A stretch of 64,000 nucleotides of DNA from an uncultured delta proteobacterium. Its GTDB lineage: Bacteria; Myxococcota_A; Polyangia; Fen-1088. Of the stretch, positions 45,121 to 58,571 are shown piece by piece. The stretch spans positions 134,431-198,430 of the forward strand of contig CAVWIP010000014.1 in NCBI GenBank assembly GCA_963755125.1, given 5' to 3'. The notes under the pieces were generated by a model. That model ran no database searches. It was not told where the DNA came from and was given only the letters and a program-made list of their open reading frames with translations. Position 1 is the first letter of the stretch. Every line of letters begins with the position of its first letter. A program made the translations under genes and the position numbers.

Positions 45121-46299
45121 TCAGCGCAGCCCCGCCTTGATCGCGGCGGCAGCCTCGGGGATCGCGTACTTCTGGTTCCCCCAGCCGAAGATGTCGTAAT
45201 GGGGGCCGGTGACCCACAGGACCGCGCTGCGGGCAGTGCGACCGTCGGATAGCGCCAGGTAGCGCAGCAGGCCCTCGTGGCCACGCGCGATCTGCAGCGC
45301 CAGGTCTTTTTCCTGCGAAGGCGTGGCATCCCCCGCCCACAGGTTGGGGTGGCGGAGGCCGCCGCGGCCGATGCCGTACTCGCCGATGTGCAGGGGCGGG
45401 ATCTCGGCGGGACGCAGGCCCAGGGCGCCGACCAGGATTTGCCGTCGGAAGTTCTTCTCGTGCAGCAACAGCGCCTGCGCGACCTCGTCGGCGCTGGGCA
45501 GGCGGATGCCGCGCTCGGCTGCCGGCATGGCCGCCGTGAGATCCATGTACTGGGACAGGGCAAGCGCGTCGAGGCCGCGGATGTAGCGCCTGAGCGCTGC
45601 TTTGCCGGCCGGGCTCATGCGTGCCACGAAGTCGTCGGGGATCTCGAAATGGTGGGTGAAGTTGTGTGACAGCACGACGGACCTGTCGAGCCCGAGACGG
45701 TGCCGCTCCTGCTTAGCGGCGGCGAGCAGTTTCACCCAGCGCTCGGGCGTGTACACCATGGAGTTCATCAGCTCAGTGCCCAGTTCCAGGCGAACGGGCG
45801 CGGCAGGGGCGGCGCCCAGGTTGTCGATCGCCGCTTTCACCGCGCGTAGCGATGCGAACACGACGCCGGTCCGGTAGTCGTCGCTCATCGGGTCCACGTC
45901 GAAGAAGCCGCGCCAGGGACAGTTCACGCGCCAGCTATCGTTCTCCGACTGGAAGGGATCGAAGCCGGGACGGTAGAGCAGTGGGTCCAGGTGTGGCTTC
46001 AACACCACCGCGAGCCCCATGCGCGTCGCGCTCTCGACCGCCTTGGCCAACTCGACGGCGTCCGGGCCCGTGTCCAGATCGATCTTGTTCAGTCCCGCAT
46101 AGGCGTAGGCGGGCACGAACGAGACGATGCGGAAGCCGATCTCCTTGAACGTGGCCAGCTTGCGCTCGGCGTTGCCGAACTCTCCCCTCCAGCCGGCATA
46201 CGTGACGCCGAGTGGGGCAGGCGTCGCCTGCGCCCTCGACGCGGCGATGGTTGCCAGGGATATCGTGACCAATGCGAAAAGCCGGCTGATCGAGTTCAT
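45121..46299 (-). CDS. Secreted clan GH-A glycoside hydrolase (GH113-like)
   Basis: Signal peptide; VVLKPHL; WRG; GTEL (putative acid/base); IGEYG (putative nucleophile). Confidence 0.6.
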   Translation of the reverse strand: MNSISRLFALVTISLATIAASRAQATPAPLGVTYAGWRGEFGNAERKLATFKEIGFRIVSFVPAYAYAGLNKIDLDTGPDAVELAKAVESATRMGLAVVLKPHLDPLLYRPGFDPFQSENDSWRVNCPWRGFFDVDPMSDDYRTGVVFASLRAVKAAIDNLGAAPAAPVRLELGTELMNSMVYTPERWVKLLAAAKQERHRLGLDRSVVLSHNFTHHFEIPDDFVARMSPAGKAALRRYIRGLDALALSQYMDLTAAMPAAERGIRLPSADEVAQALLLHEKNFRRQILVGALGLRPAEIPPLHIGEYGIGRGGLRHPNLWAGDATPSQEKDLALQIARGHEGLLRYLALSDGRTARSAVLWVTGPHYDIFGWGNQKYAIPEAAAAIKAGLR

Positions 46300-46407
46300 G
46301 CGCGCAGCCTAGCACCACCGCATCCTAAGCGAGGAATCGAGGATCACCTAACCCCACGCCGGCGACGTGAGTCGGAAGGTCGACTCGCCACGTGGGCGCG
46401 GGGACTG

Positions 46408-47409
46408 CTACGGCAGTCCTGGCGTCAGCATGGGCACTTCGTACACAGCGTGCAGTGTGGTCACGTAGAGCGTGCGGCGATCGGCGCCGCCAAATGTGCA
46501 ATTCGAAGGCGGCGCCGGAAAGGTGATGCGCCCGGCGAAGTGGCCGGCATCGTCGAGAACCACGATGGCGCTCACCTCGGTGCTGTTGTTGGCCACGTAA
46601 AGACGGCCGCGATCGTCGACGCAAAGGCCGTCGGGCACGTGTAATCGGGCTTGCGGATCGTCTTTGACGACGCCAAACGGCTCAGGGCTGCCCACGGTTC
46701 CGTCCGTCGCCACCGGCAGTCGCCAGAGACGATCTTGGGCATCGCTGCCAACGTAGAGAGTATTTCCATCAGGAGAAAGCACGACCCCGTTGGGCATGTC
46801 GACCCGGAACGCCACCGACAGAGCACCGTCGGGCGCCAGGCGATAGACAGCTGTGGGCGCGTGGCTGCCCGGGCGGGCGCCCCAGGTCGTGTCGCTGAAG
46901 TAGATGTTGCCGTCTTCGCGAATCGTGAGGTCATTCGGCGCATTGAGCGGCCGGCCGTCGGGTACGCGTTCGGCGAGAACCTGGCGCTCGGGGCCGGAGA
47001 TGCGCGCCAGAGCGCCGTTCCAGCGTTCGCACGCGACCAGGCGACCCTGGGCGTCCACCGCCAGTCCATTGGTGCTGGTCGGCGATGCTGGATAGGGGAG
47101 CGTCGAGAACGCACGGGTGCGCGGATCGAAACTATAAATTTTGGCGGCCGGGCCATTTTGCTCGACCACGTCGGAAAAGATCAGGGTGCCCTCGCTGGCA
47201 ACCCAGAACGGCCCTTCGAGCGAGACGAAGGGGAGGTCGCTGGGTATGGCGCGCGCTGGGCCCGCGGTGAGCGAGGCTTGCTTTGCCTTCGTCTGTGCAG
47301 GCGGCGTGGAAGGAACAGTGGTTCCGCAGCCGAGAACGGAAAGAACGGCCGCAGCGAGGGCCGCCGCGCGGACGCTGGCGGAAAATGAGATGGTGTACAC
47401 GCCTGCCAT
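46408..47409 (-). CDS. SMP-30/gluconolactonase-family lipoprotein
   Basis: VLGC lipobox; EGPFW; PND; PNG; PDG; SNCTFGG. Start approximate. Confidence 0.88.
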   Translation of the reverse strand: MAGVYTISFSASVRAAALAAAVLSVLGCGTTVPSTPPAQTKAKQASLTAGPARAIPSDLPFVSLEGPFWVASEGTLIFSDVVEQNGPAAKIYSFDPRTRAFSTLPYPASPTSTNGLAVDAQGRLVACERWNGALARISGPERQVLAERVPDGRPLNAPNDLTIREDGNIYFSDTTWGARPGSHAPTAVYRLAPDGALSVAFRVDMPNGVVLSPDGNTLYVGSDAQDRLWRLPVATDGTVGSPEPFGVVKDDPQARLHVPDGLCVDDRGRLYVANNSTEVSAIVVLDDAGHFAGRITFPAPPSNCTFGGADRRTLYVTTLHAVYEVPMLTPGLP

Positions 47410-47571
47410 GTACCACGGGCATGACATTGTGGGGAGTCTGGGCGTCGACGAAATCACTACGTGCCCGAATTCGCGACGGGTTGACGTAATCTTCATGGTG
47501 AAATCAATGAAAGCGAGATGCGATATGAAGGAAAGTGGGCTTGTTCCTCCCTCCGCCCCAGGAGCGCTTCT

Positions 47572-49329
47572 ATGACCAAGGTGCTGGGCATCAACCCGGG
47601 GCATCACGCGAGCGTCGCCCTGTCGATAGACGGCCGAGTGGTCTTTGCCATCAACGAGGAGCGACTCCGCCAACAGAAGGCTTTTTGCGGCATACCGCGC
47701 ATGGCCCTCGATCACTGTTACGAGAACTATCTGGCCAGGGCGGAGGTCGATTGCTTCGCGCTCAACTACAGAAGTTCCAGCGGCCTTCTCGACCTGTGGC
47801 AGACGATGGACTCGTGCGAGAGCGAAGGCGGGCCGCCTCGACGCCTGGGGGCCAAGGATCTGGCGATCAGACTGGTGAGAGAGGTCGGCTGTTTGACGCC
47901 CCCAGAATCGCTGCGGAAGAGGCTTGAGTATCCGCTGTCGCGCACCATGGACCTCCTGCGAATGTACTGTGCCCGAAAATTGGATGTTCCTTGGCAAAAG
48001 CTGGCTCTCTTCGACCACCATCTGTGCCACGCTCGCTCGGCGTCGTTTTCTCTCTCAAGCGAGCGCGACTGGCTTGTCTTCACGGCCGATGGGGAAGGTG
48101 ACCTGGAGTGTGCGACGGTCTACAGGAAAGCTCGCGGCGAACCAGGCCTTAGCAAACTCACGGCAATACACAGGGACCATTCGCTTGGCTTCTTCTTCAT
48201 GCTCATCACGAAGGTCCTGGGGATGTCGCCCAACTTGCACGAGTACAAAGTCATGGGGCTCGAACCCTACGCGCGCAAGAACACGAACGAGTACCAGCGC
48301 GCCTTCGCGAAGCTCTCGTCGCTGTTCTACTTCGAGGGGCGCGACTTTCGCGCCAGGATCAAGATGCACTCGAAGCAACACCTCGCGTGGTTGTACCGTG
48401 AGTTGCGGGACGAGCGCTTCGACTACGTCGCTGCAGCCGCGCAGAAGACGCTAGAGAGGGTCGTGCTCCGCTGGGTGGGCAACTGGATCCGCGAAACCGG
48501 GATCTGCAACGTAGCCGTGGCGGGTGGCGTCTTCATGAATGTGAAGTTGAACCAGCGACTCTATGACCTCCAGGACATCACCGACATCTATGTGGTTCCC
48601 TCGGCAGGCGACGAGACCACCGTGCTGGGCGCGTGCAATCAGGCCAACCTCGACGCCACGGGAAACGAGCTGGTGCCTCTCGAACACCTGTACCTTGGAA
48701 ACGAATGCGCCGAAGTCCGAGTCAGAGAGTTCGTCGAAAAGGAAGTGGACCAGCGCCGATACGACGTTCGCCACCTGGGAGACAGGATCGAAGAGAGGGT
48801 GGCGGAGCTGTTGTCAGAGGGGACGATCGTCGGCAGGTTCGCGGGCAGGATGGAGTTCGGTGCGCGCGCTCTCGGGAATCGATCAATATTGGCGCATCCC
48901 AAACACCCCGGGAACGTCCGAAAACTGAACGAGATGATAAAGGACCGAGATTTCTGGATGCCATTCACGCCGTCAGTCCTGGAGGAGGACGCGGATCGCT
49001 ACATCAAGAACCCCAGAAGAATGCTGGCGCCGTACATGGCGATCACCTTTGACACCACCGACGAAGGCAAGGCGCAGTTCATCGCCGCGATCCACCCCTA
49101 TGACGAGACCATGCGCATTCAGATGGTGTCCAGAGAGAAGAACCCCAGATATCACGAACTGATTCGGCACTTCAAGGAACGCACCGGGGTTGGCGGACTT
49201 CTCAATACATCATTCAACCTGCACGGCAGGCCGATCGTCTGTGCCCCGGCCGATTGTCTGTTCACGCTCGAAAACTCGGGGCTGACGCACCTTGCGCTCG
49301 ACGGCTACCTTGTGACGAAGAGGCTTTGA
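47572..49329 (+). CDS. NodU/CmcH-type O-carbamoyltransferase
   Basis: NEERL; DHHLCHA; ADGEGD; EYKVMGL; GGVFMNVK; EFGARALGNRS; RDFWMPF; LNTSFN. Confidence 0.93.
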   Translation: MTKVLGINPGHHASVALSIDGRVVFAINEERLRQQKAFCGIPRMALDHCYENYLARAEVDCFALNYRSSSGLLDLWQTMDSCESEGGPPRRLGAKDLAIRLVREVGCLTPPESLRKRLEYPLSRTMDLLRMYCARKLDVPWQKLALFDHHLCHARSASFSLSSERDWLVFTADGEGDLECATVYRKARGEPGLSKLTAIHRDHSLGFFFMLITKVLGMSPNLHEYKVMGLEPYARKNTNEYQRAFAKLSSLFYFEGRDFRARIKMHSKQHLAWLYRELRDERFDYVAAAAQKTLERVVLRWVGNWIRETGICNVAVAGGVFMNVKLNQRLYDLQDITDIYVVPSAGDETTVLGACNQANLDATGNELVPLEHLYLGNECAEVRVREFVEKEVDQRRYDVRHLGDRIEERVAELLSEGTIVGRFAGRMEFGARALGNRSILAHPKHPGNVRKLNEMIKDRDFWMPFTPSVLEEDADRYIKNPRRMLAPYMAITFDTTDEGKAQFIAAIHPYDETMRIQMVSREKNPRYHELIRHFKERTGVGGLLNTSFNLHGRPIVCAPADCLFTLENSGLTHLALDGYLVTKRL

Positions 49330-49398
49330 GTCGCAGGAGATCGCTGCGGCCGGGCATTGAGGAACGCGGGCTTGTCTCTCTCGCTGCCTGGCCGCCGG

Positions 49399-52530
<3,132 letters not shown>

Positions 52531-52532
52531 GG

Positions 52533-53501
52533 CTAGTCCCCTGGCAGCCGCACGTGCTTCTTGACCTTGATCTTGCCAGTGTCAGTTGTCGTGAAAGCGG
52601 GGGCGCCGCCTGGCCGCAATGTGACCTCGGCGTACAGGCCGGAGCGCAGGTTGTGGTCGGGGTTGGGGATCTCCACGATGGCGGAGAAGGTGCGGGTGTG
52701 CGGATCGGACGCGGAAACCACGCGGGTCAGGCGCAGGTGCAGTTCCTGGCCGGTGGCCGGCAGGCGCACGTGCACGGGGGTGCCCACCACCACCTGGGCC
52801 ATGTCGGTCGATGGCACCTGGATGCGCAGGTCCACCGGATCGATCTCCTCGATGCTGACCAGGGGAGTGGCCGGCATGACCGAGGCATATTCGCCCTCGT
52901 TGACGAAGCGCTTGACGATGAGCCCGTCAAAGGGTGCGCGCACCACCGAGTCGTGCAGGGCCTTTTGGCCCATGGCCACCGCGATTTCGGCCGCAGCCAG
53001 GCCGGCCTTGGCGCCCTTGTAGCGCGCGTCCACCAGGTCGAACTGGCTCTGGGGAACGGCCTTTTCCGCCAGCAAAGCCCTGACCCGATCCCAGTCCAGC
53101 TTGGCGGAGTCGAGCTGGACCTTGGCACCGTCGCGCGCGGCCTCGGCCTGCTGCAGGCGCAGGAGAAAGTCGCGCGTGTCGAGCGTCACCAGGGGTTGGT
53201 TCTGCTTGACGATGTCGCCCTCGCGCACGTGTACGCGCGTGACCGCGCTCGACACCTTGGGCGTCAGCGTGCTCTTGCGGTGGGCCTCGGTCGTGCCCGA
53301 CAGGAACGGGCTGGCGCTTCCGGCCGATGCCGCCGATGGATCAGCGGCTGGCGCCGGCGCAGGAGCGGGCGGCGTCGGGACGGGCGCCGGGGTTGCAGCC
53401 GGTGCCGCCTTGGTCTGCGGCAGACGAGCAACCTCCGAGCCACGTTCGCAGGATACGATGGCGAGGAGGAAGAGCGGGACGAAAACTGGGCGAGCCGTCA
53501 T
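52533..53501 (-). CDS. RND periplasmic adaptor (MFP)
   Basis: IVSC lipobox; VREGDIV; RAPFDG; DPHTRTF; LRSG. Confidence 0.9.
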   Translation of the reverse strand: MTARPVFVPLFLLAIVSCERGSEVARLPQTKAAPAATPAPVPTPPAPAPAPAADPSAASAGSASPFLSGTTEAHRKSTLTPKVSSAVTRVHVREGDIVKQNQPLVTLDTRDFLLRLQQAEAARDGAKVQLDSAKLDWDRVRALLAEKAVPQSQFDLVDARYKGAKAGLAAAEIAVAMGQKALHDSVVRAPFDGLIVKRFVNEGEYASVMPATPLVSIEEIDPVDLRIQVPSTDMAQVVVGTPVHVRLPATGQELHLRLTRVVSASDPHTRTFSAIVEIPNPDHNLRSGLYAEVTLRPGGAPAFTTTDTGKIKVKKHVRLPGD

Positions 53502-53551
53502 GATGGACCTCGGTGGCGTGGTTGACTGTGCGTGGCCGGAAGCTTTGCAAC

Positions 53552-54976
53552 TCATAGTGGGCGGCCTGGGATTTCCTGGCCCATGGCGCGGGCCAGGTTG
53601 GACTGGGCGATGAGGTAGTCATAGGTAGCGGCCTGAAGCTGGCCGCGGGCGGTGGTGAGCTGGTTTTCCGCGTCGAGCACGTCGAACGACGTGTTGTCCG
53701 TGCTTTCGTAGCGTTTCTGTTCGATGCGGAAGTTTTCCTCGGCCTGCTCGACGGCGTGTCTGGCCACGTCCAGGGCCTGGGCCGCGGTGGTCGTGTTGAC
53801 GTGCGCGCTGCGGGTTTCCAAGCGAATCATGTCCTCGGCCTTGCGCCGGGCGGACAGGGCCTGGGCCAGGCGCGCCTTGGCTTCGTCGATGCCGTAGTAG
53901 GTGCCGCCGCCTTCCCAGATGTCCCAGGACGCGGTGGCGCCGATGAACCAGATGTCCTGCTTCGGGGCAAACATCGTCGCCGGTGACGAGTGGGTGTAGT
54001 TGGCCACGGCGTTCACCTGGGGCAGCATCTTCGACTTGGCCAGGCTCTCGGCCGCGCGGGCCTGAGCGGTCTGTGCTGCGATCTCCTTGATCTCCAGTCG
54101 CTCGGCCACCGCGCGATCCTCGGCCTGCGCAGCTGGAATGACAGGCGCGACGGTCACGTCGGCGATGGAATCCGCTGGTTCGATGGCAGCGTCGGGTGGC
54201 AGGCCCATCAAGGTCGCCAGGCGGCCGCGCGCCAGCACCACGGCACCGTTAGCCTGGATCAGGCGCTGCTGGGCCGCGGCCAGACCTAGTTCGGCGCGCA
54301 ACACATCGTTGCGGCCCACGGTTCCCGCCCGGTAGAAGGATTGTGCGCGCTTGACCTGGGCGTCGATGTTCTCGACGGATTTCTGCGCCACATCGGCCAG
54401 GCGCATGGCCTGCAGCACCCGGTAGTAGGCCTCGGTCACCTGGAAGGCGACGTCGCGGCGGGCGGCCTTGCGCTGCAGCCCGGCCAGGTCCACGCCCATC
54501 TTGCGCAGGGCATAGCCTTCATTGATCGTCCACAGCGAGGCAATCGGCTGGGCGAGTGTGATCGACGTGGACCAGGTGGTCTGCGCGCGGAGTTGAATGG
54601 GCTGGACGTAGGGGGCGAGGTCGGGGTGGTCTTTCACGAGTTGATTCGGGTCGCTGGCCAGCGGCTGCAGCTTGTTCTGAGTCAGAGCATCGTTGACGAA
54701 CGGAATCATCAACCCCGCGAAGCTTGCGGTCAGCGGGCTGTCCCAGCGCTGGATGCCCGCGTCCAGGTGCAGTCGCGGCCCGAATGCGCCGCGCGCGCTC
54801 TTGCTCTGGGCGGTGGTGGCTTCCACTTCCAGGTTGGCGCTGGTGATGTCGGGATTGCCCTGCAGAGCCACGTCGATGCACTTGGCCAGGGTCATTGGTT
54901 CAGCCGCTACGATCCGGGCAGCCAGCAGCGAAATCGCCAGCGTCGCAAGCTCGATCTTGGTGAAGGTGGCACTCAT
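53552..54976 (-). CDS. TolC-family outer membrane factor
   Basis: Signal peptide; OEP-type repeats; DVLDAE; position in the RND operon. Confidence 0.9.
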   Translation of the reverse strand: MSATFTKIELATLAISLLAARIVAAEPMTLAKCIDVALQGNPDITSANLEVEATTAQSKSARGAFGPRLHLDAGIQRWDSPLTASFAGLMIPFVNDALTQNKLQPLASDPNQLVKDHPDLAPYVQPIQLRAQTTWSTSITLAQPIASLWTINEGYALRKMGVDLAGLQRKAARRDVAFQVTEAYYRVLQAMRLADVAQKSVENIDAQVKRAQSFYRAGTVGRNDVLRAELGLAAAQQRLIQANGAVVLARGRLATLMGLPPDAAIEPADSIADVTVAPVIPAAQAEDRAVAERLEIKEIAAQTAQARAAESLAKSKMLPQVNAVANYTHSSPATMFAPKQDIWFIGATASWDIWEGGGTYYGIDEAKARLAQALSARRKAEDMIRLETRSAHVNTTTAAQALDVARHAVEQAEENFRIEQKRYESTDNTSFDVLDAENQLTTARGQLQAATYDYLIAQSNLARAMGQEIPGRPL

Positions 54977-55608
54977 CTCTTTTTCGCTCCAGCTTTGGGA
55001 TTTCCAGACACGCCATGGAAAAAGAAGTCGCGCAGCAGCGGCGCGCGGTCGGCCAGGCTGCCCTGCGCCTTGGCCACCCAGCCGTGCAAGAGGCCGAACA
55101 CCATCCCGACCAGTAGGCGCGCCACCACCTCCGGATCGTAGCCGCCAATCTCTTCAGGCTTGGCGTTCTTCTTCAGCCAGTCAGCCAGGCCGAAAATGCG
55201 ACGTTCAAAGTTATCATGAAAGGTTTGACCGTGGCTGCCGTCCGGGCAATGGCCGCTGGCAGCCTCCGCAGTGTGGAAGCTGAGAAACAGCGCGCGCCGT
55301 TTTTCGATCAACTCCAGGTGTCGCACCGTCATGATCTCGAAGCGCTGGTAGAAGGCCAGGTTGCTGGGCAGAGGTTGTTCGAACACCTGGAGAAACTCGG
55401 CGGTCAGCAGGTCCATCACGGCCTCGACGATTTCCTGCTTGCTGCGAAAGTAGGTGTAAAGCGACGCCGCCGTGTAGCCAGCCTCGTGCGCGATGTCCTG
55501 CATGGTGGCGTCGTGCACGCCGATTTCTACGAAGGCCCGACTGGCGGCCTCCACGATGTCCTCGCGGGTTCGCGCGATCTCTCGTTCACGTCTTTGGGGC
55601 GCTTTCAT
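54973..55608 (-). CDS. TetR/AcrR-family regulator
   Basis: ATMQDIAHEAGYTAASLYTYFRSK helix-turn-helix. Confidence 0.93.
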   Translation of the reverse strand: MKAPQRREREIARTREDIVEAASRAFVEIGVHDATMQDIAHEAGYTAASLYTYFRSKQEIVEAVMDLLTAEFLQVFEQPLPSNLAFYQRFEIMTVRHLELIEKRRALFLSFHTAEAASGHCPDGSHGQTFHDNFERRIFGLADWLKKNAKPEEIGGYDPEVVARLLVGMVFGLLHGWVAKAQGSLADRAPLLRDFFFHGVSGNPKAGAKKR

Positions 55609-55643
55609 GTTGAACCCTTGCTTCCTGAAGAAAACATAGATTC

Positions 55644-55672
55644 AGTGTGCCGAATGGTCATTCGACTGTCAA
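55644..55672 (-). promoter_or_regulatory. tetR-RND promoter with a palindromic operator in the spacer
   Basis: Minus strand TTGACA-N17-CACACT; CGAATG-GT-CATTCG at 55651-55664. Confidence 0.65.
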
Positions 55673-55769
55673 TGTCAATTATTCGGTGTCCTGAAGAGTT
55701 GTTCAAAGAAGGCCGCGCCCGCAAGACCGCGGCCGAAGTTGTAGAGTACCTGCCGTCACAAACGTTGCC

Positions 55770-56285
55770 GTGTCATACGCCCGCCGAAGCATAGGGACCG
55801 TTCTGCTCCTCGCCGTCGTTGCTCTCTTCGCCGGCGCGGTCGCCGCGCGCCGTGCGCCCGCCGCAATCGCGCAACAGCCGCTGCCCATGAGTCACAAGCG
55901 CCATATCGCCAAGGACATGAAGTGCCGGGCCTGCCACCAGGGCGTGGAGGGCGAGGCCATGGCTTCGTTTCCCACCCTGGCCGACTGCATGGACTGCCAC
56001 AAGAAGCCGCAGGGTCAGCAGCCGGGCGAGCCCGAGGTGCGGGCGTTTGCGGCGCGCGGGCAAGAACTCACCTGGGTGCGGCTGAACCGCCTTGCCGGGC
56101 ATGTGTACTTTTCGCACGCGGCGCATGTGAGCCTGACCAGCATGAAGTGCGAGGAGTGCCACCGTGACATGAGCGCGGTCGATCAAGCGCCGAGCGAGGC
56201 CGACGTGCACCTGGACATGCGTGCGTGCGTCGCCTGCCACCGCGACAAGCACGCCAGCCTGGACTGCCTCGCTTGCCACAAGTGA
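55770..56285 (+). CDS. Pentaheme cytochrome c (QrcA/ActA-like)
   Basis: N-terminal anchor; CRACH, CMDCH, CEECH, CVACH, CLACH; YFSHAAH. Confidence 0.88.
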   Translation: MSYARRSIGTVLLLAVVALFAGAVAARRAPAAIAQQPLPMSHKRHIAKDMKCRACHQGVEGEAMASFPTLADCMDCHKKPQGQQPGEPEVRAFAARGQELTWVRLNRLAGHVYFSHAAHVSLTSMKCEECHRDMSAVDQAPSEADVHLDMRACVACHRDKHASLDCLACHK

Positions 56286-56288
56286 TGC

Positions 56289-58571
56289 ATGAGTCGATTC
56301 AGCCGACGTGAGATACTCAGTGGCGCCGCGCTGGCGGGCGCCGCGGCCTTGGGCTGTCGCCAGGCCAGAGATCCCTATCGCATCGACAAGCCGCCGGTGC
56401 CACGCACCGCCGGCTGGCGCGTCGGCGAAGAGCGCTGGGTGCTTTCCACCTGCGCCCTGTGCGACGCGGGCTGCGGGATCAAGGTGCGCGTGGTGGACGG
56501 CAGGGCGGTCAAGATCGAAGGCAACCCAGAGCACCCGGTCAACCTCGGCGGGTTGTGCAGCCGCGGCCAGGCGGCGCTGCAACTGCTCTATCACCCTGAG
56601 CGGGTGCGCTCACCGTTGCGGCGGGCCGGGGCGCGCGGCCAGGGCAAGTGGAAGCCGATCTCCTGGGACGAGGCCATTGCCGAAGTCACGGCGAGGCTGG
56701 CCAGGTTGCGCGCGGCCGGTCACCCCGAGCGCCTGGTGCTGATCGACGGCGAGACGGGCACTTTCACCCATGACCTGTGGGCGCGTTTTTTGTCGGCGTA
56801 TGGCAGCCCCAACCACATCGGACTGGAATCGGCTCGCGCCGCCAGCGCCGAGTTGGCCACCCTTCACGTGTTGGGCCGCTACGGTCAGCCCGTGTATGAT
56901 CTGGACCGGGCCGCTCTGGTGCTGGCCATGGGCGCAGAGTTGCTCGAATCGTCCAGCCAGGCCATGCGTTTCATGCGCACGACCCGTGCACGGGCGGAAG
57001 ATCGTCACGCTGGGCGCTTGCCGGTAATCTGCGTTTCGCCGCGCCGGCCTGACTGCCGGGTCGACGATTGGATCCCGATTGCGCCCGGGGGCTACGGGGC
57101 GCTGGCGCTGTCGCTGGCCCATGTCCTGCTCCACGATGGCCCGATCGACAGACAATGGCTTCGCGCCCACGTCTTCGGGTTTGCGGCCTGGCGGGATCAG
57201 GCAGGGGTCGAGCAGCCGGGATTCGAGGCCTTGCTTCAGGCAGCCTATGCGCCGGACGAGACCAAGGACGTGACCGGCATTTCCGCGGCGACCGTCGAAC
57301 GACTGGCCCATGCGCTTGCCGAGCAGCGGCCGGCCCTGGTTGCCGGCGACGGCGGCGCGGTTGCGGCTGGCAACGGTTTGTCCACGTCGATTGCCATCTG
57401 CGCGCTCAACATACTGTTGGGGGATGTCGGGGTTCGGCTGCGCTGGCCCGGGATGCTGGCGGATTGGGAAGAGCCCGCGGTCGATAGGCTTGCGGCCGCA
57501 GTCAGCGCAGCCCCGCGTATCGACGGCGTGGGCACGGCCGCTTGTCCATTCGGGTGCAGCCGCGTGCAAGCCATCCCCGCAGCCATCACCCAGGCCAAGC
57601 CCTATCCAGTCGAAGCGCTGTTTCTGCGCGGCGCGGACCCCTTGGCCGCGCTGCCGGCACGGCGTGCCTGGACCGCGGCGCTTCAGCGCGTGCCCTTGCT
57701 TGTCAGTTTCTCTGCTTGGCTCGACGAGACCGCGTGGCTGGCCGACCTGGTGCTGCCCGAGTCCTTGTTTCTCGAAGCCTGGGACATGGTGCGGCCAGAA
57801 CCGGCAACCGATCGGCCCGTGCTCAGCTTCCGCCAGCCGGTCGTCGCTGCTTTGCACGACACGCGGCAGTCGGGCGATTTCGTACTCGCGCTTGCCGCCG
57901 GACTGGGTGGATCAGTCGGCAGCTCGCTGCGCTGGAAGAGTTATCAAGACGTTGTGACGAAATCGCTGCCGCCGGCGTCGATGGATGCCATCAAGGAGAA
58001 AGGCGCCGGGAGACGGGTGTGTGCAGATGGTGAGTCTTGCAAACCGGGTCTAGGCGAGATCAGCGGCGAGGCATTTCTGTCACCTTCGGCACTGTTCCAG
58101 ATTTTCTCCCACGCAGCGTTGCGTTTGGCTGGGAATGAAAACGCCGCTCGGCTGTGGCCGGGAAACGGACTTCCACTCTGGGAGCCGCCCAGGTTCTCAG
58201 GCGATCCGCTGCAGTTCCCTTTTCACCTGGTTCCCTACCGACCCGTGCCGTTCGTCGAGAATGGCGGACGGTCTTTGCCCTGGCTGAGTGAACTGCCGCT
58301 GGTCACTGGCGATCCCTGGCCAGTTCGCGCGGAACTCAATCCCGTCGATGCTGCGCGGTCTGGCTTGGTCGAGGGCGACCGGGTTCTGGTGAAATCGTCG
58401 GTTGGCTCGTGCGAGGCCATCGCTCGTTTGAGCGACGGTGTCCAATCGGGCGTGGTGGCCATGGCTCTCGGCAAGGGTGGGGTGGTCGATCTTGTCGTGC
58501 CCAACGAAGATCCGTGGTCGGGCGTGCTTGCCTGGCAGGGCACGCGCGTGCGTGTGAGGAAGCTGTCATGA
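56289..58571 (+). CDS. Molybdopterin-oxidoreductase-fold subunit (QrcB/ActB-like), Tat lipoprotein
   Basis: FSRREIL...ALGC; CALCDAGC...LCSRG; ISWDEA; ADLVLP. Confidence 0.85.
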   Translation: MSRFSRREILSGAALAGAAALGCRQARDPYRIDKPPVPRTAGWRVGEERWVLSTCALCDAGCGIKVRVVDGRAVKIEGNPEHPVNLGGLCSRGQAALQLLYHPERVRSPLRRAGARGQGKWKPISWDEAIAEVTARLARLRAAGHPERLVLIDGETGTFTHDLWARFLSAYGSPNHIGLESARAASAELATLHVLGRYGQPVYDLDRAALVLAMGAELLESSSQAMRFMRTTRARAEDRHAGRLPVICVSPRRPDCRVDDWIPIAPGGYGALALSLAHVLLHDGPIDRQWLRAHVFGFAAWRDQAGVEQPGFEALLQAAYAPDETKDVTGISAATVERLAHALAEQRPALVAGDGGAVAAGNGLSTSIAICALNILLGDVGVRLRWPGMLADWEEPAVDRLAAAVSAAPRIDGVGTAACPFGCSRVQAIPAAITQAKPYPVEALFLRGADPLAALPARRAWTAALQRVPLLVSFSAWLDETAWLADLVLPESLFLEAWDMVRPEPATDRPVLSFRQPVVAALHDTRQSGDFVLALAAGLGGSVGSSLRWKSYQDVVTKSLPPASMDAIKEKGAGRRVCADGESCKPGLGEISGEAFLSPSALFQIFSHAALRLAGNENAARLWPGNGLPLWEPPRFSGDPLQFPFHLVPYRPVPFVENGGRSLPWLSELPLVTGDPWPVRAELNPVDAARSGLVEGDRVLVKSSVGSCEAIARLSDGVQSGVVAMALGKGGVVDLVVPNEDPWSGVLAWQGTRVRVRKLS

